From positions 1-36,730 of the forward strand of contig CAZFXH010000340.1 in the NCBI GenBank assembly GCA_964522905.1: a stretch of 36,730 nt of DNA, written 5' to 3'. The notes below the pieces were generated by a model. That model worked only from the letters and a program-made list of their open reading frames with translations, had not been told where the DNA came from and ran no database searches. Positions 25,955 through 35,478 of the stretch are shown piece by piece (the first letter of the stretch is position 1; every line of letters starts with the position of its first letter). Made by a program: the position numbers and the translations under genes. The stretch comes from an uncultured Anaerolineaceae bacterium. GTDB taxonomy: Bacteria; Chloroflexota; Limnocylindria; Limnocylindrales; CSP1-4.

Positions 25955-26584
25955 GTGGTTGACCGGGTGCCGGCCGTGATTCGCGTCGCGATCGTCGAGG
26001 ACCACCCCGCCATCGCCGACGGACTCGCCGCCCTGATCCAGGAATCGCCCGAGGTGACCGTCGTCGGCACGGCCCGCGATGTGCCGTCGGCGAGCACGCT
26101 CATCGAGCACGAGTCCCCGGACATCGTCCTGTGCGATATCCGCCTCGCGGAAGACGGCGACGGCTTCGAGCTGATCCGGAGGCACCGCCCCGGGCCCGCC
26201 TTCATCATCCTGAGCGCGTACTGGTACCCGAGTTATCACGTGCGGGCGGTAGAGCTGGGGGCGAAGGGGTATCTCTCGAAGATGGCCACGGTCGAGCAGA
26301 TCCTCGGCGCCGTGAAGGCCGTTGCGGCGGGCGGGACCGTCTTCCCGGCGGCCGCTCGACAGGCCGCCAGCGATGCGCTCCGGGTGCCGACCCCGCGAGA
26401 GCTCGAGATCATCGCGCTCGTTACCGAGGGGCTGTCGAACGCCGAGATCGCGGAGCGGCTGTCGTTGCGGGTCAAGACGGTCGAGAGCCAGTTGCGGCGC
26501 CTGTTTGACCGGTACGACGTTGCGAGCCGGACGGCGCTCGTGCGACTGGCAAGTCGGCAGGGCTGGAACGAGGAGGGCCGCTGA
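25955..26584 (+). CDS. NarL/LuxR-family response regulator (REC + HTH)
   Basis: REC: IRVAIVEDHP, phospho-acceptor context DIVLCDIRL, IILSAY, AKGYLSK. HTH: LTPRELEIIALVTEGLSNAEIAERLSLRVKTVESQLRRLFDRYDV. In-frame GTGs occur at 25955, 25967 and 25976; 25976 (VIRVAIVEDH) fits the family best. Confidence 0.9.
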   Translation: MVDRVPAVIRVAIVEDHPAIADGLAALIQESPEVTVVGTARDVPSASTLIEHESPDIVLCDIRLAEDGDGFELIRRHRPGPAFIILSAYWYPSYHVRAVELGAKGYLSKMATVEQILGAVKAVAAGGTVFPAAARQAASDALRVPTPRELEIIALVTEGLSNAEIAERLSLRVKTVESQLRRLFDRYDVASRTALVRLASRQGWNEEGR

Positions 26585-26600
26585 GGGCCTGTCGAGGGCC

Positions 26601-27881
26601 CTATGTGAGCCGGGTGCGCTGCGCCTCAGCTCTGAGCTGGTCGCGGAAGTCGGGGTGGGCGATCGAGATGAGTGCCTTGGCGCGCTCACGAGTGCTCATC
26701 CCGAACAGGTCGGCGACGCCCCACTCGGTGACCACCGTGCGGACGTGGGCGCGAGTCGTGACGACCCCGGCGCCCTCTTTCAGTGACGCGGTGATCCTCG
26801 ACATGGTGCCCCCAGCGCCGGTCGAGGGCATGGCGATGACCGCGCGTCCTTCCGCCGCAAGGCCGGCCCCACGCACGAAATCCATCTGCCCACCTACGCC
26901 GGAGTACAGCCGGTGGCCGATCGAGTCCGCGACGACCTGCCCGGTCAGGTCGACCTCGATCGCCGAGTTGATGGCGACCATCCGGTCGAACGAGCGGATC
27001 ACCTGGGTGTCGTTCGTGAAGTCGACCGGGCGCATCTCGACCATCGGGTTGTCGTGGATGAAGTCGTACAGCCGTTGGGAGCCCATGGCGAAGGCGGTCA
27101 CGATCTTGCCCCGGTTGCGCTCCTTGCGTGACCCGTTGACGACCCCGGCTTCGACGAGGTCGACCACGGAATCGGTAAACATCTCCGTATGGATCCCCAG
27201 ATCGCGCTTGTCGCGCAGGGCGAGCGCGGTTGCCGCCGGGATCACTCCGATGCCGAGTTGCAGCGTGGCACCATCGGGAACGAGGTCCGCGACGAACTCC
27301 CCGATCCTGCGCTCGACGTCGCCGATGGGACCGATCTCGTAGGCGTATGGGGGCACGTCGACTTCGACGGCCAGATCGATCTCGTTCACGTGGATGAAAC
27401 TATCGCCGAGGGTGCGTGGCATCGAGCGGTTGAACTGGACGATCACCGTCCTCGCGGATCGGATCGCAGCATGCATCGCCTCGACGCTGGTCCCGAGCGA
27501 ACAGAAGCCGTGGCGGTCCGGTGGCGTGGCATTCACGAACACCGCGTCGAGAGGCAAGACCCCCGATGTGAACAGCCTGGGAACGTCCGACAGGAAGACC
27601 GGGACATAGTCGGCGCGCCCCTCATTCACGGCGGCGCGAGCGTTCGGACCGATGAACAACGCTCGGTGACGGAAGTGCCTCGCCATCTCCGGCGCAAGGT
27701 GCGGTCCCGGGCCTTCGATGTGGAGATGGACCACCCCGACATCTTCGAGCTCGCTCGCTCGAGCGACAAGCGCGTCGAGCAGTACCGACGGGGCCGCCGC
27801 GGCGCAGTGGATGTAGACCTGTTCGAGTGAGCGGATCCCCGAAACGGCCTCGGCTGCAGTGACGATCTTCATGGCCACCAC
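26601..27881 (-). CDS. Acetyl-CoA hydrolase/transferase family protein (4-hydroxybutyrate / acetate CoA-transferase-like)
   Basis: Full-length similarity pattern of the family: IVTAAEAVSGI.., FIGPNARAAVNEGRADYVPVFLSDVP, GFCSLGTSVE, HTEMFTDSVVDLVEAGVVNG, INSAIEVDLTGQV.ADS.G....SGVGGQMDFVRGA. GTG at 27881, with the ATG at 27872 (MKIVTAAEA) probable. Confidence 0.88.
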   Translation of the reverse strand: MVAMKIVTAAEAVSGIRSLEQVYIHCAAAAPSVLLDALVARASELEDVGVVHLHIEGPGPHLAPEMARHFRHRALFIGPNARAAVNEGRADYVPVFLSDVPRLFTSGVLPLDAVFVNATPPDRHGFCSLGTSVEAMHAAIRSARTVIVQFNRSMPRTLGDSFIHVNEIDLAVEVDVPPYAYEIGPIGDVERRIGEFVADLVPDGATLQLGIGVIPAATALALRDKRDLGIHTEMFTDSVVDLVEAGVVNGSRKERNRGKIVTAFAMGSQRLYDFIHDNPMVEMRPVDFTNDTQVIRSFDRMVAINSAIEVDLTGQVVADSIGHRLYSGVGGQMDFVRGAGLAAEGRAVIAMPSTGAGGTMSRITASLKEGAGVVTTRAHVRTVVTEWGVADLFGMSTRERAKALISIAHPDFRDQLRAEAQRTRLT

Positions 27882-27902
27882 GGTAGCCGGAACCTTCGAG
27901 GT

Positions 27903-28211
27903 TTATTCGATGCCGAACTCGGCTGCGAGCTGTTCGTTGGCGAGCTGCTCGATGGTCGGGCGCGGGAGCGACTCCACGAGATCTTCGAGGTGGGCGATGA
28001 GCGTCTCGACCGCCGCCTGGGTTGCGCGCTCGACGGGCTCCTCGAGCATGCCGCCGGTCTCGGCACGACCGATACCCAGGTGGCGCGCCGGGTGGATGGC
28101 CGCAACCGCGACCTCGGTGAGCACCTTGGCGACCCGTCGATGGGTTTCATCATCGCGAACGCGGTCTCGAACCTTGCGTTCCAGGGTCGCACTGGGATCG
28201 GCGATCAACAT
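27903..28211 (-). CDS. Small (102 aa) predicted helical protein, unknown function
   Basis: The ATG at 28211 is preceded by GGAGGAAGGA. G/C3 bias is genome-like. It ends 21 nt before the CoA-transferase start, so the two are likely co-transcribed. The ORF extension to 28349 lacks an SD. Confidence 0.55.
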   Translation of the reverse strand: MLIADPSATLERKVRDRVRDDETHRRVAKVLTEVAVAAIHPARHLGIGRAETGGMLEEPVERATQAAVETLIAHLEDLVESLPRPTIEQLANEQLAAEFGIE

Positions 28212-28435
28212 CAGCGTTCCTTCCTCCCCGCTCCGTCGGTTACCGGGGGTAAGTTCGCCCGCGGCAGCCACATCCTCGAGCACAAGTGTCTTCTGGACGG
28301 CACGGGCGTGCGAAGGCCGAATGGCCCTGCTCACCCATCCATTGGTCACGAACCCCGACCGCGATCGGCCCGGACCGAGCTACCTCGTCTCACGCTCGTG
28401 GACAGTCGGGAACAAGGCCGCCGCCCATGCCGAAG

Positions 28436-28457
28436 CGCCGGGCTGGGGGGCCCGGCG
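28436..28457 (-). terminator. GC-rich hairpin downstream of the bitopic membrane-protein gene
   Basis: CGCCGGGC (28436-28443) and GCCCGGCG (28450-28457) are exact reverse complements with a 6-nt loop. The hairpin lies ~50 nt past the stop at 28506 on the minus strand. It is followed on that strand by CUUCGGCAU, so only a weak U content. Confidence 0.35.
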
Positions 28458-28505
28458 CATTCGGAGGTGTGGCTGGATCACCGGGTGGAACCCGGCTGAG
28501 TGGGG

Positions 28506-29198
28506 TTAGGAGGTGAGCGCCGCCGGCCGAAGGGCCGGAGCCTTGACACGCTCGGTCGCGGCTCGGGTCGCCCACACGAGGCCGAGCCCGGTGAGGAGGA
28601 GCGTGGCGCCGATGCCGGCCATGAAGGCGGCGATGCCCACGCCGACCTGGAGGGTCGAGGCGGTCACGGTGCCGACACCAAGCTCGCCGATGAGCGCGTG
28701 TGCCGTGCCGGACCAGATCTGCTCGCGGGCCGCACCCTCGATCGGGTCGGAGCGGTCGAAGCCGGTCCAGTATCGGCCGTCATTCTGGAACTCATAGGTG
28801 CCGGCGGTGACGACCGTGCCGTCCTCCATCGTGACGTCCTCGTCGAGGACGACCGTCGCGGACCCGTGCAGGGTGTGATAGCTGACCACAGCCATCTGGT
28901 ACATGTACTCGCTGGCGGTATTGACCAGCGGGTCGTTCGGGTCGAGTTCCGCCGCGTTGACCGCGTAGCCCCAGTCGTTGACCAGCAGCGACATGATCGC
29001 CTGAGCGCCCTCGACCTCACCACGGTCGACCAGCTGACCGGCTTCGTTGTAGCTGAGCTTGACGTTCTGCGCGGCGCTGAACGCCTGCAGCGACTTGGCT
29101 CCCTGGTCCGTCTTGTAATACGCGTACCCACCGCCCGCGATGAAAGCGAGTCCGAAGACCGCGAGCATGACCCCGATGACCTTCAACCGACCGTTCAT
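28506..29198 (-). CDS. Bitopic membrane protein (N- and C-terminal TM helices flanking a ~170-aa extracytoplasmic domain), unknown function
   Basis: The ATG is preceded by AGGAAGGA. TM1 is VIGVMLAVFGLAFIAGGGYAYY. The central domain is aromatic and acidic (DWGYAVNAAELDPNDP..YMYQMAVVSYHTLHG..YEFQNDGRYWTGFDRSDP). TM2 is VGVGIAAFMAGIGATLLLTGLGLVW. Confidence 0.75.
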   Translation of the reverse strand: MNGRLKVIGVMLAVFGLAFIAGGGYAYYKTDQGAKSLQAFSAAQNVKLSYNEAGQLVDRGEVEGAQAIMSLLVNDWGYAVNAAELDPNDPLVNTASEYMYQMAVVSYHTLHGSATVVLDEDVTMEDGTVVTAGTYEFQNDGRYWTGFDRSDPIEGAAREQIWSGTAHALIGELGVGTVTASTLQVGVGIAAFMAGIGATLLLTGLGLVWATRAATERVKAPALRPAALTS

Positions 29199-29591
29199 TG
29201 ATGTCTATCCTTCCTGACTTTCCCTTTGGTTGTGTGAAGGCAGCGTCGGGGACAGCCTCGGTCCGGCTCAGGGGCCATGCCGACCCATTTGACGGGCAAA
29301 TGGACTCCCGCCGGGGGCCGAATGGCCCCCCGCTCTGTCGGGGCCAGGAGGGAAGGCCGGGTCAGCGGCCTGGCAACGCGAGTGCGCGCAGGTGCAGAAG
29401 CCAAGCGACGACCAGGCGTGCGGTCACCACGCCCAGGCGAGTCACAGGATTGCCGCGAGTTCGCGACCTCGCCAGTGTGTGGACCGTCCTCAGGACGGGG
29501 GCCGCAACGGGGTGCCGAGGCTCGGTCGCCGCCGTTGCGGTCGCGTTGGGTCAGCCGGCCGGCACGCAGGGGCGTCCCGGCCGGTTGCCGG

Positions 29592-30350
29592 TCAGCTGCT
29601 GCTCGCCGCCTCCGGAGCACCAGTTCCGGGACGAACGCCGACGGTCCGCCGCCACGGCGTACCCAATCGAGGCAGCAGGTAGCGATCGAGCCCGTAATAG
29701 CCAGCCACCCGCCACGCCAGCATCAGGCCCACGGCGAGGATGAACATGATCGGGTTCGTCGACGCCGAGCCCGCCAACAGGAACGACATGTTCATCAAGG
29801 CCCCGAAGAAGGCCGCGACACCGGTGAGCGCGCCAAGGATCAAGCCGATCCCGACGGCAAGCTCGCCGAAGGTCACAAGCACCGCAAACCAACTCTCGTG
29901 GCCGCCGGCGAGGAGCGTGTTGATGAAGTCGCGGTACCACTCGTAGGTGATCGGCGGTCGACCCTGTTCCGGGATCGACGCAGCCCGCTCCCAGTACGAG
30001 CGCAGGGCAGCTCCGCCCTGCATCCACTCGGGGTCGGTGAACTTGTGCCATCCGGCCTCGAGCCATGAGAATCCGACGAACAGCCGGATCGGCAGCCAGA
30101 AGAGCCCCGCCCTGGTGTTGTTGAAGAGGAAGCGCACGAAACGAGGGCCCTCGACCTCGACCTCGGCGCTATCCGGGTCCTTTCGATCCTCGAAGAACGC
30201 GATCAGCAACACGAGGAAGACCACCCAGAAGGCGACAGTGACGATCTGTCGAACCGTTCCGTCGAGCACGAGCCAGGGGTTGACGAGCAGGAACAGCAGG
30301 ACGGCGGCGGCCACTCCCAATGGCGTCGCCAGGGCTCGAAGGGCTGACAT
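29592..30350 (-). CDS. DoxX/DoxD-like integral membrane protein
   Basis: Sequence LPIRLFVGFSWLEAGWHKF ... FGELAVGIGLILGALTGVAAFFGALMNMSFLLAGS..NPIMFILAVGLMLAW is typical of DoxX/DoxD-type 4-TM proteins. The ATG at 30350 is preceded by GGAGGA. The ORF extends to 30377. Confidence 0.7.
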   Translation of the reverse strand: MSALRALATPLGVAAAVLLFLLVNPWLVLDGTVRQIVTVAFWVVFLVLLIAFFEDRKDPDSAEVEVEGPRFVRFLFNNTRAGLFWLPIRLFVGFSWLEAGWHKFTDPEWMQGGAALRSYWERAASIPEQGRPPITYEWYRDFINTLLAGGHESWFAVLVTFGELAVGIGLILGALTGVAAFFGALMNMSFLLAGSASTNPIMFILAVGLMLAWRVAGYYGLDRYLLPRLGTPWRRTVGVRPGTGAPEAASSS

Positions 30351-30446
30351 CCCGATCCTCCATCTTCTGTGAGCCACTCGCCACGTCGGATCGGCGTGGA
30401 CTGCGGGCCCAGGCGATCATGCGCCGGAAGGCACGCGAGCAGGACG

Positions 30447-30481
30447 GGTCGATCGGCCCTGTGACGAGGGCCGGATCGACC
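30447..30481 (-). terminator. Strong 13-bp hairpin (one bulge) downstream of the PspC-domain operon
   Basis: GGTCGATCGGCCC (30447-30459) pairs with GGGCCGGATCGACC (30468-30481), with an 8-nt loop and a single bulged base. It lies ~130 nt past the PspC-gene stop on the minus strand. The only T-rich flank (ATTTCT) is on the plus strand, where no gene ends, so the orientation and function are uncertain. Confidence 0.35.
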
Positions 30482-30610
30482 ATTTCTGCGAGCCGCGTGT
30501 GAGCTATCGCATCCGACGAATGTCGACCGCGACTCGCAGCCTGCACCTCGACGGGGATGCCTGTCAATGGAGTTGCGGACGGCGTGCGATCTCCCCGATG
30601 GCCCCGCCGT

Positions 30611-31051
30611 TCAGCTTCGCGGCCGGACCGTCGCGACGACGATCACCGTACCCAGGGCGATCAGCGCCAAAGGCCAGACCTGATCCCAGTCGACGTGGAG
30701 CCACACGTTCGCGAAACCGGCGATCCCGATCAGGACGAGCAGCGCTCCGAGGACCATTGGCGCCTGACCTGAAGGGACCGCGGCGCGCTGGCCGGGTTCC
30801 GCTACGCCATCCCCTTCTGGCACCACGATCGCGGCCACGATGTAGACGAGCACCATCGGCACCACCCCGGTGAACAGTCCGATGATGAGAGTCGCCAGAC
30901 GGACCGCGGTCGGGTCGGAGCCGTAGTACTCGGCGATGCCGCCGCAGACGCCGGAAAGGACCCGGTTCGTCCGCGCGCGATGGAGTCGGCGCACCTGTGC
31001 CTTGGGCATTGCCTCCGTCAGTGTCGGAGGCGCGGTCGATTCGGCGGTCAT
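30611..31051 (-). CDS. PspC-domain membrane protein
   Basis: PspC signature RLHRARTNRVLSGVCGGIAEYYGSDPTAVRLATLIIGLFTG followed by further TM helices. The ATG overlaps the stop of the upstream membrane-protein gene. Confidence 0.85.
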   Translation of the reverse strand: MTAESTAPPTLTEAMPKAQVRRLHRARTNRVLSGVCGGIAEYYGSDPTAVRLATLIIGLFTGVVPMVLVYIVAAIVVPEGDGVAEPGQRAAVPSGQAPMVLGALLVLIGIAGFANVWLHVDWDQVWPLALIALGTVIVVATVRPRS

Positions 31052-31656
31052 CGGACGTCTCCTTGCGCGCTCGAATGGATCCGCGGGTCACCCGTTGGCG
31101 AGCCGCGGCTCAGCAAGCCGGCGACCAGGACCAACAGCCCGGCGCCGACGAACACGACCGGCCACCACGCTCCGAACTCGATCGGAGACCGCCCTGTGGC
31201 GAAGGTCGTCTCGAAGAACCAGTAGCCCGCGACGAAGATCGCCGCGGCGATCGCGATGAGTCGAGCTCCGCTGGCGAGCAGGTCACGCAGGCCGAAGATC
31301 AGCCCGTATACCACCATGCCGAGGCCCGCCGCGCCGGGTCCGACCAGAACCCAGGCGTAGGCCCAGCTCTCCCAGTGGCCGGTCGCCTGCTGGTAGCCCA
31401 GGACGATCCCCACCGTCGTCACGATGCTGCCGGCGATCGCAAGGCCCACACCGTCCGGCGGTGTCCGGACCAGGGACGCGATGAGCAAGGCGACGCCCGG
31501 GATGATCACGAAAAGCGGCCAACCGGCGTCGGCGATCTCCGCGAACGGATCGATCCGGAGCTCGCGCAACACGAACCAACCCACACCGACGAGGACAAGG
31601 ATGGTTCCAAGAACGGTGAGGCCACCCCACCGCTCGACAGAGTTTCTCGCCTGCAT
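31048..31656 (-). CDS. Polytopic membrane protein (about six TM helices), co-transcribed with the PspC-domain gene
   Basis: 202-aa ORF with hydrophobic helices throughout (LTVLGTILVLVGVGWFVL, WPLFVIIPGVALLIASLV, LAIAGSIVTTVGIVLGY, WVLVGPGAAGLGMVVYGLIFG, LIAIAAAIFVAGYWFF, WWPVVFVGAGLLVLVAGLL). It shares a 4-nt overlap with the downstream gene. Confidence 0.75.
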   Translation of the reverse strand: MQARNSVERWGGLTVLGTILVLVGVGWFVLRELRIDPFAEIADAGWPLFVIIPGVALLIASLVRTPPDGVGLAIAGSIVTTVGIVLGYQQATGHWESWAYAWVLVGPGAAGLGMVVYGLIFGLRDLLASGARLIAIAAAIFVAGYWFFETTFATGRSPIEFGAWWPVVFVGAGLLVLVAGLLSRGSPTGDPRIHSSAQGDVR

Positions 31657-31895
31657 GTCTACCTCCCACCGTGGGACGCGCGCTCACGCGTCGACCTCGG
31701 TTCTCAGCTGCGTCTTCGCCGCTTCGGCGTGTCCACATCGTCCACCGGCGCGACATCCGGGACGACGGCCGTCCGGCCCGAAGCGGCGGGCCATCGCTCC
31801 CGATTCTCGCTGTGAGCCCGGGGGCCGTCGGTCCCGATCCACTCACAGAGCGCCCCAAGGCGTTGACCGGCCGGACCGATCGCTGCGGAACTCGC

Positions 31896-33065
31896 CTATG
31901 CGCCGAGGAACCCGGCAGCCGCCTCGGCGATGACGACGTCCTCGCGGCTGTGGACCGCCAGGACCGCGGGCCCTGACCCACCGATCGCCAGGACGCCCTC
32001 TCCCGTGTCCGCATCGCTCGGCTGCGATACCCCAAGGAGGATCAGGCGTGCGCAGATCCTCGCCCGAACGGAGCCAGCGTGCTCCCCGATCCCTCCGGTG
32101 AAGACGATGGCGTCGACGGTCGGCAACGTGGTTGCTGCAGCCGCGATGCCGGCGGCCGCCCGGCGCACGTACAGGCGGATCGCCAGCGCGGCGCGCGCGT
32201 CACCCGCATGCTCGGACCTCGACAGCGCCCGGACGTCGTCAGTCCCACCGACCCCTTGCAGACCGGACTGGCGAGTCAATGCCTCCTCGATGGAGGCCAG
32301 GGACAGTCCGTCCCGCGCAAGCTGGAACACGATCCCGGGGTCGATCGACCCGGCTCGGGTGCCCATCATCAGGCCTTCGAGCGGGGTCAGACCCATGCTC
32401 GTGTCCACTGACCGGCCGCGATCCACAGCCGTCACCGAAGACCCGCCGCCGAGATGCGCCACGACGAGGCGCAGACTTCCCGGCTCCCGGCGGAGCAGCT
32501 CCCCCGCCCGTCGGACGGCCCAGCTGACTGACAGTCCGTGGAAACCGTAGCGGCGTATGCCGTGGTCCCGGACCCAGGCATCAGGGATCGGGTACCGGAC
32601 GGCATCCTCGGGAAGCGTGGCATGGAACGCCGTGTCGAATGCGGCAACGTGGGGCACATCCGGCAACGCCTCGAGCGCCGCGCGGATGGTAGTCACGGCG
32701 GCCAGGTTGTGGAGGGGAGCCAAGTCGGCCAGTCCCTCGATGGCCGCCAGGTTGTCGCGGGCGATCCGCGTCGGCTGGGTGAAGCGGTCCCCACCGTGGA
32801 CGACGCGATGTCCGACCGCGTCGACCCTCGCGCCGTCGGTCCTCACCGCACCGATGCGCCGCACTGACGCGACGATCGCCGCGGTGCGCTCCGCGGGCGT
32901 GGCGCCCGTCGTCCATTCGACCTCGTCGACCCCGACGGGCTCCAACGCCGGAAGGTCCAGCATGGCCGTCTTGAGCGTGGCTGACCCGGCGTTGAAGACG
33001 AGGATGCGTGCGCGGCGCTTGGGCGCCGTGCTTTCGGAGCCGGCGATCAGTGGGGCCACGTCCAA
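31896..33065 (-). CDS. ackA: Acetate kinase
   Basis: Motifs [76 protein letters not shown] and [11 protein letters not shown]. The TTG at 33065 (or GTG at 33059) overlaps the 3' end of the phosphoketolase gene. Confidence 0.9.
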   Translation of the reverse strand: MDVAPLIAGSESTAPKRRARILVFNAGSATLKTAMLDLPALEPVGVDEVEWTTGATPAERTAAIVASVRRIGAVRTDGARVDAVGHRVVHGGDRFTQPTRIARDNLAAIEGLADLAPLHNLAAVTTIRAALEALPDVPHVAAFDTAFHATLPEDAVRYPIPDAWVRDHGIRRYGFHGLSVSWAVRRAGELLRREPGSLRLVVAHLGGGSSVTAVDRGRSVDTSMGLTPLEGLMMGTRAGSIDPGIVFQLARDGLSLASIEEALTRQSGLQGVGGTDDVRALSRSEHAGDARAALAIRLYVRRAAAGIAAAATTLPTVDAIVFTGGIGEHAGSVRARICARLILLGVSQPSDADTGEGVLAIGGSGPAVLAVHSREDVVIAEAAAGFLGA

Positions 33066-35428
33066 TCGCGGATCTCTGGCGCATCCTCGCCATGCTGGTA
33101 GGCATACGCGCGAGCGCGGAGGCGCTCGTCGACGAGGTGCTGCCGGAGGGCCGCGGCGCGCGTCCCCAAGGTCGGAGCCCGGTCGATGACGTCCATCGCG
33201 AGATGGAAGCGGTCCAGATCGTTGCGCATGACCATGTCGAACGGGGTCGTGACGGTCCCTTCCTCCTTGTACCCGCGGACATGGATATTGCCGTGGTTGG
33301 TGCGTCGATAGGTCAACCGGTGGATGAGCCAGGGATAGCCGTGATAGGCGAAGAGGACCGGTTTGTCGGTCGTGAAGATCGCGTCGAACTCGCGGTGCGA
33401 CAACCCGTGCGGGTGCTCGTCCTCGTCCTGGAGCCGCATCAGGTCGACGACGTTGACGAACCGGATTCGCAGCTCCGGAACGTGTTCGCGGAGCAGCGCC
33501 ACCGCCGCCAGCGCCTCCAGCGTGGGCACATCCCCACAGCAGGCCACGACCACATCCGGATCGCCACCGTCGTTACTGGCCCAGTCCCAGATCCCGAGCC
33601 CGCGTGTGCAATGCAGGATCGCGTCGTCCATGGACAGGTACGTCAGGGCCGGCTGCTTGCCCGCGACGATGACGTTGACGTAGTCGGTGCTCCGCAGGCA
33701 ATGATCCGCGACGGACAGGAGCGTGTTGGTGTCGGGCGGCAGGTAGACCCGGATGACCTCCGCCTTCTTGTTCACGACGTGGTCGATGAAGCCCGGGTCC
33801 TGGTGGCTGAAGCCGTTGTGGTCCTGCCGCCAGACGTGGCTCGTGAGCAGGTAGTTCAGCGACGCGATGGGCCGCCGCCAACCGATCTCGCGCGTCATCT
33901 TGAGCCACTTGGCGTGCTGGTTGAACATCGAGTCGATGACGTGGATGAACGCCTCGTAACAGCTGAACAGGCCGTGGCGACCGGTCAGCAGGTAGCCCTC
34001 CAGCCAGCCTTGACAGAGGTGCTCTGACAAGACCTCCATGACCCGGCCATGGGGCGCCAGGTGGTCGTCACCCGAGCGCGTCTCGGCGATCCAGACCCGG
34101 TCGGTCGTCTCGAAGACCGCATCGAGCCGGTTGGAGCTCGTCTCATCGGGCCCGAACAGGCGGAATGTTCGGGGATTGGCTCGGATGATGTCACGGACGA
34201 ACTCGCCAAGGACCCTCGTGGCCTCGCTCGTCTTCGTGCCAGGGGCCGAGACCTCCACGGCATAGTCCCGGAAATCCGGCAGGGTCAGGTCCTTGCGCAA
34301 CAGGCCGCCGTTCGCATGCGGGTTGGCACTCATGCGGCGGTTCCCGCGCGGCGCGAGCGCCGCGAGTTCGGGCCGGAGCGCGCCCGTCTCGTCGAACAGT
34401 TCCTCGGGTCGGTACGAGCGAAGCCACGTCTCGAGGAGCGCGATGTGCTCGGGGTTCCCGCGGACGTCGGCGATCGGAACCTGGTGAGCCCGGAAGGTGC
34501 CCTCCGAGGGCAGGCCGTCGACGGTCTTCGGACCGGTCCAGCCCTTGGGCGTGCGGAGGACGATCATCGGCCAGCGCGGGCGCTCGGTGACGCCGTCGCG
34601 GGCCGCGGCCTTGATCCGGTCGATCTCATCGAGGACCGTGTCCATCGTCGCCGCAAGGCGCTCGTGGACCGCCATCGGGTCGTCGCCGGCGACGATATGC
34701 GGTGTATAGCCGTAGCCTTCGAAGAGGTCGATGAGCTCTGATTCCGGGATGCGCGCGAGGATGGTCGGACTGGCGATCTTGTAGCCATTGAGCGCCAGGA
34801 TCGGAACCACCGTGCCGTCGACCGCGGGGTTGACGAACTTGTTCGAGTGCCAGCTGGCGGCCAGGGGTCCGGTTTCCGCCTCGCCGTCGCCGACGACCGC
34901 GAAGACGACCAGATCCGGGTTATCGAATGCCGCGCCGAAGGCGTGAACGAGCGCGTAGCCGAGCTCGCCGCCCTCGTGGATCGAGCCTGGCGTTTCTGGG
35001 GTCACGTGGCTGCCGATGCCACCGGGAAAGGAGAACCGGCGGAAGAGCCGACGCAGACCCTCCTCGTCCGGCGTCAGCTCCGGGTCGACCTCTGCGGCCG
35101 TCCCCTCGAGGTAGGCGTTGGCGACCGCCGCGGGACCGCCATGACCTGGTCCGGCGATCCAGATCGCATCGAGGTCTCGTTGGCGGATCACCCGATTCGC
35201 ATGCGCGTAGATCAGGTTCAGGCCAGGAGTCGTGCCCCAGTGCCCGAGCAGCCGCGGCTTGACGTGCTCAGGCCGCAGCGGCTCACGGAGCAACGGGTTG
35301 GCGAGCAGGTAGATCTGGCCGACGGACAGGTAGTTGGCCGTCCGCCAGTAGGCATCGATCCGTTGCAGCTCGTCGGCCCCGAGCCGGGGGGATGGGTCGA
35401 TCGCTTCGAGCCGGCGTTCGGTCACCAT
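33047..35428 (-). CDS. xfp: Xylulose-5-phosphate / fructose-6-phosphate phosphoketolase
   Basis: 793 aa. Motifs [61 protein letters not shown] and a [10 protein letters not shown]-type segment. Full-length family architecture. Confidence 0.95.
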   Translation of the reverse strand: MVTERRLEAIDPSPRLGADELQRIDAYWRTANYLSVGQIYLLANPLLREPLRPEHVKPRLLGHWGTTPGLNLIYAHANRVIRQRDLDAIWIAGPGHGGPAAVANAYLEGTAAEVDPELTPDEEGLRRLFRRFSFPGGIGSHVTPETPGSIHEGGELGYALVHAFGAAFDNPDLVVFAVVGDGEAETGPLAASWHSNKFVNPAVDGTVVPILALNGYKIASPTILARIPESELIDLFEGYGYTPHIVAGDDPMAVHERLAATMDTVLDEIDRIKAAARDGVTERPRWPMIVLRTPKGWTGPKTVDGLPSEGTFRAHQVPIADVRGNPEHIALLETWLRSYRPEELFDETGALRPELAALAPRGNRRMSANPHANGGLLRKDLTLPDFRDYAVEVSAPGTKTSEATRVLGEFVRDIIRANPRTFRLFGPDETSSNRLDAVFETTDRVWIAETRSGDDHLAPHGRVMEVLSEHLCQGWLEGYLLTGRHGLFSCYEAFIHVIDSMFNQHAKWLKMTREIGWRRPIASLNYLLTSHVWRQDHNGFSHQDPGFIDHVVNKKAEVIRVYLPPDTNTLLSVADHCLRSTDYVNVIVAGKQPALTYLSMDDAILHCTRGLGIWDWASNDGGDPDVVVACCGDVPTLEALAAVALLREHVPELRIRFVNVVDLMRLQDEDEHPHGLSHREFDAIFTTDKPVLFAYHGYPWLIHRLTYRRTNHGNIHVRGYKEEGTVTTPFDMVMRNDLDRFHLAMDVIDRAPTLGTRAAALRQHLVDERLRARAYAYQHGEDAPEIRDWTWPH

Positions 35429-35478
35429 GGCAACCTCGTTGTCGCGTTCGGGTCTTGGCCCAGCCTACTCGTGGATCG

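Noticed and set aside
23987-26689. A 900-aa ORF on the minus strand spanning the 3' half of the kinase gene, the intergenic gap and the response-regulator gene.
   Set aside because: It is exactly antisense to two genes with unmistakable domain motifs. Its translation is Arg/Gly/Pro/Asp-rich low complexity with no recognisable motif. Long antisense ORFs are expected in very GC-rich DNA because stop codons are depleted.
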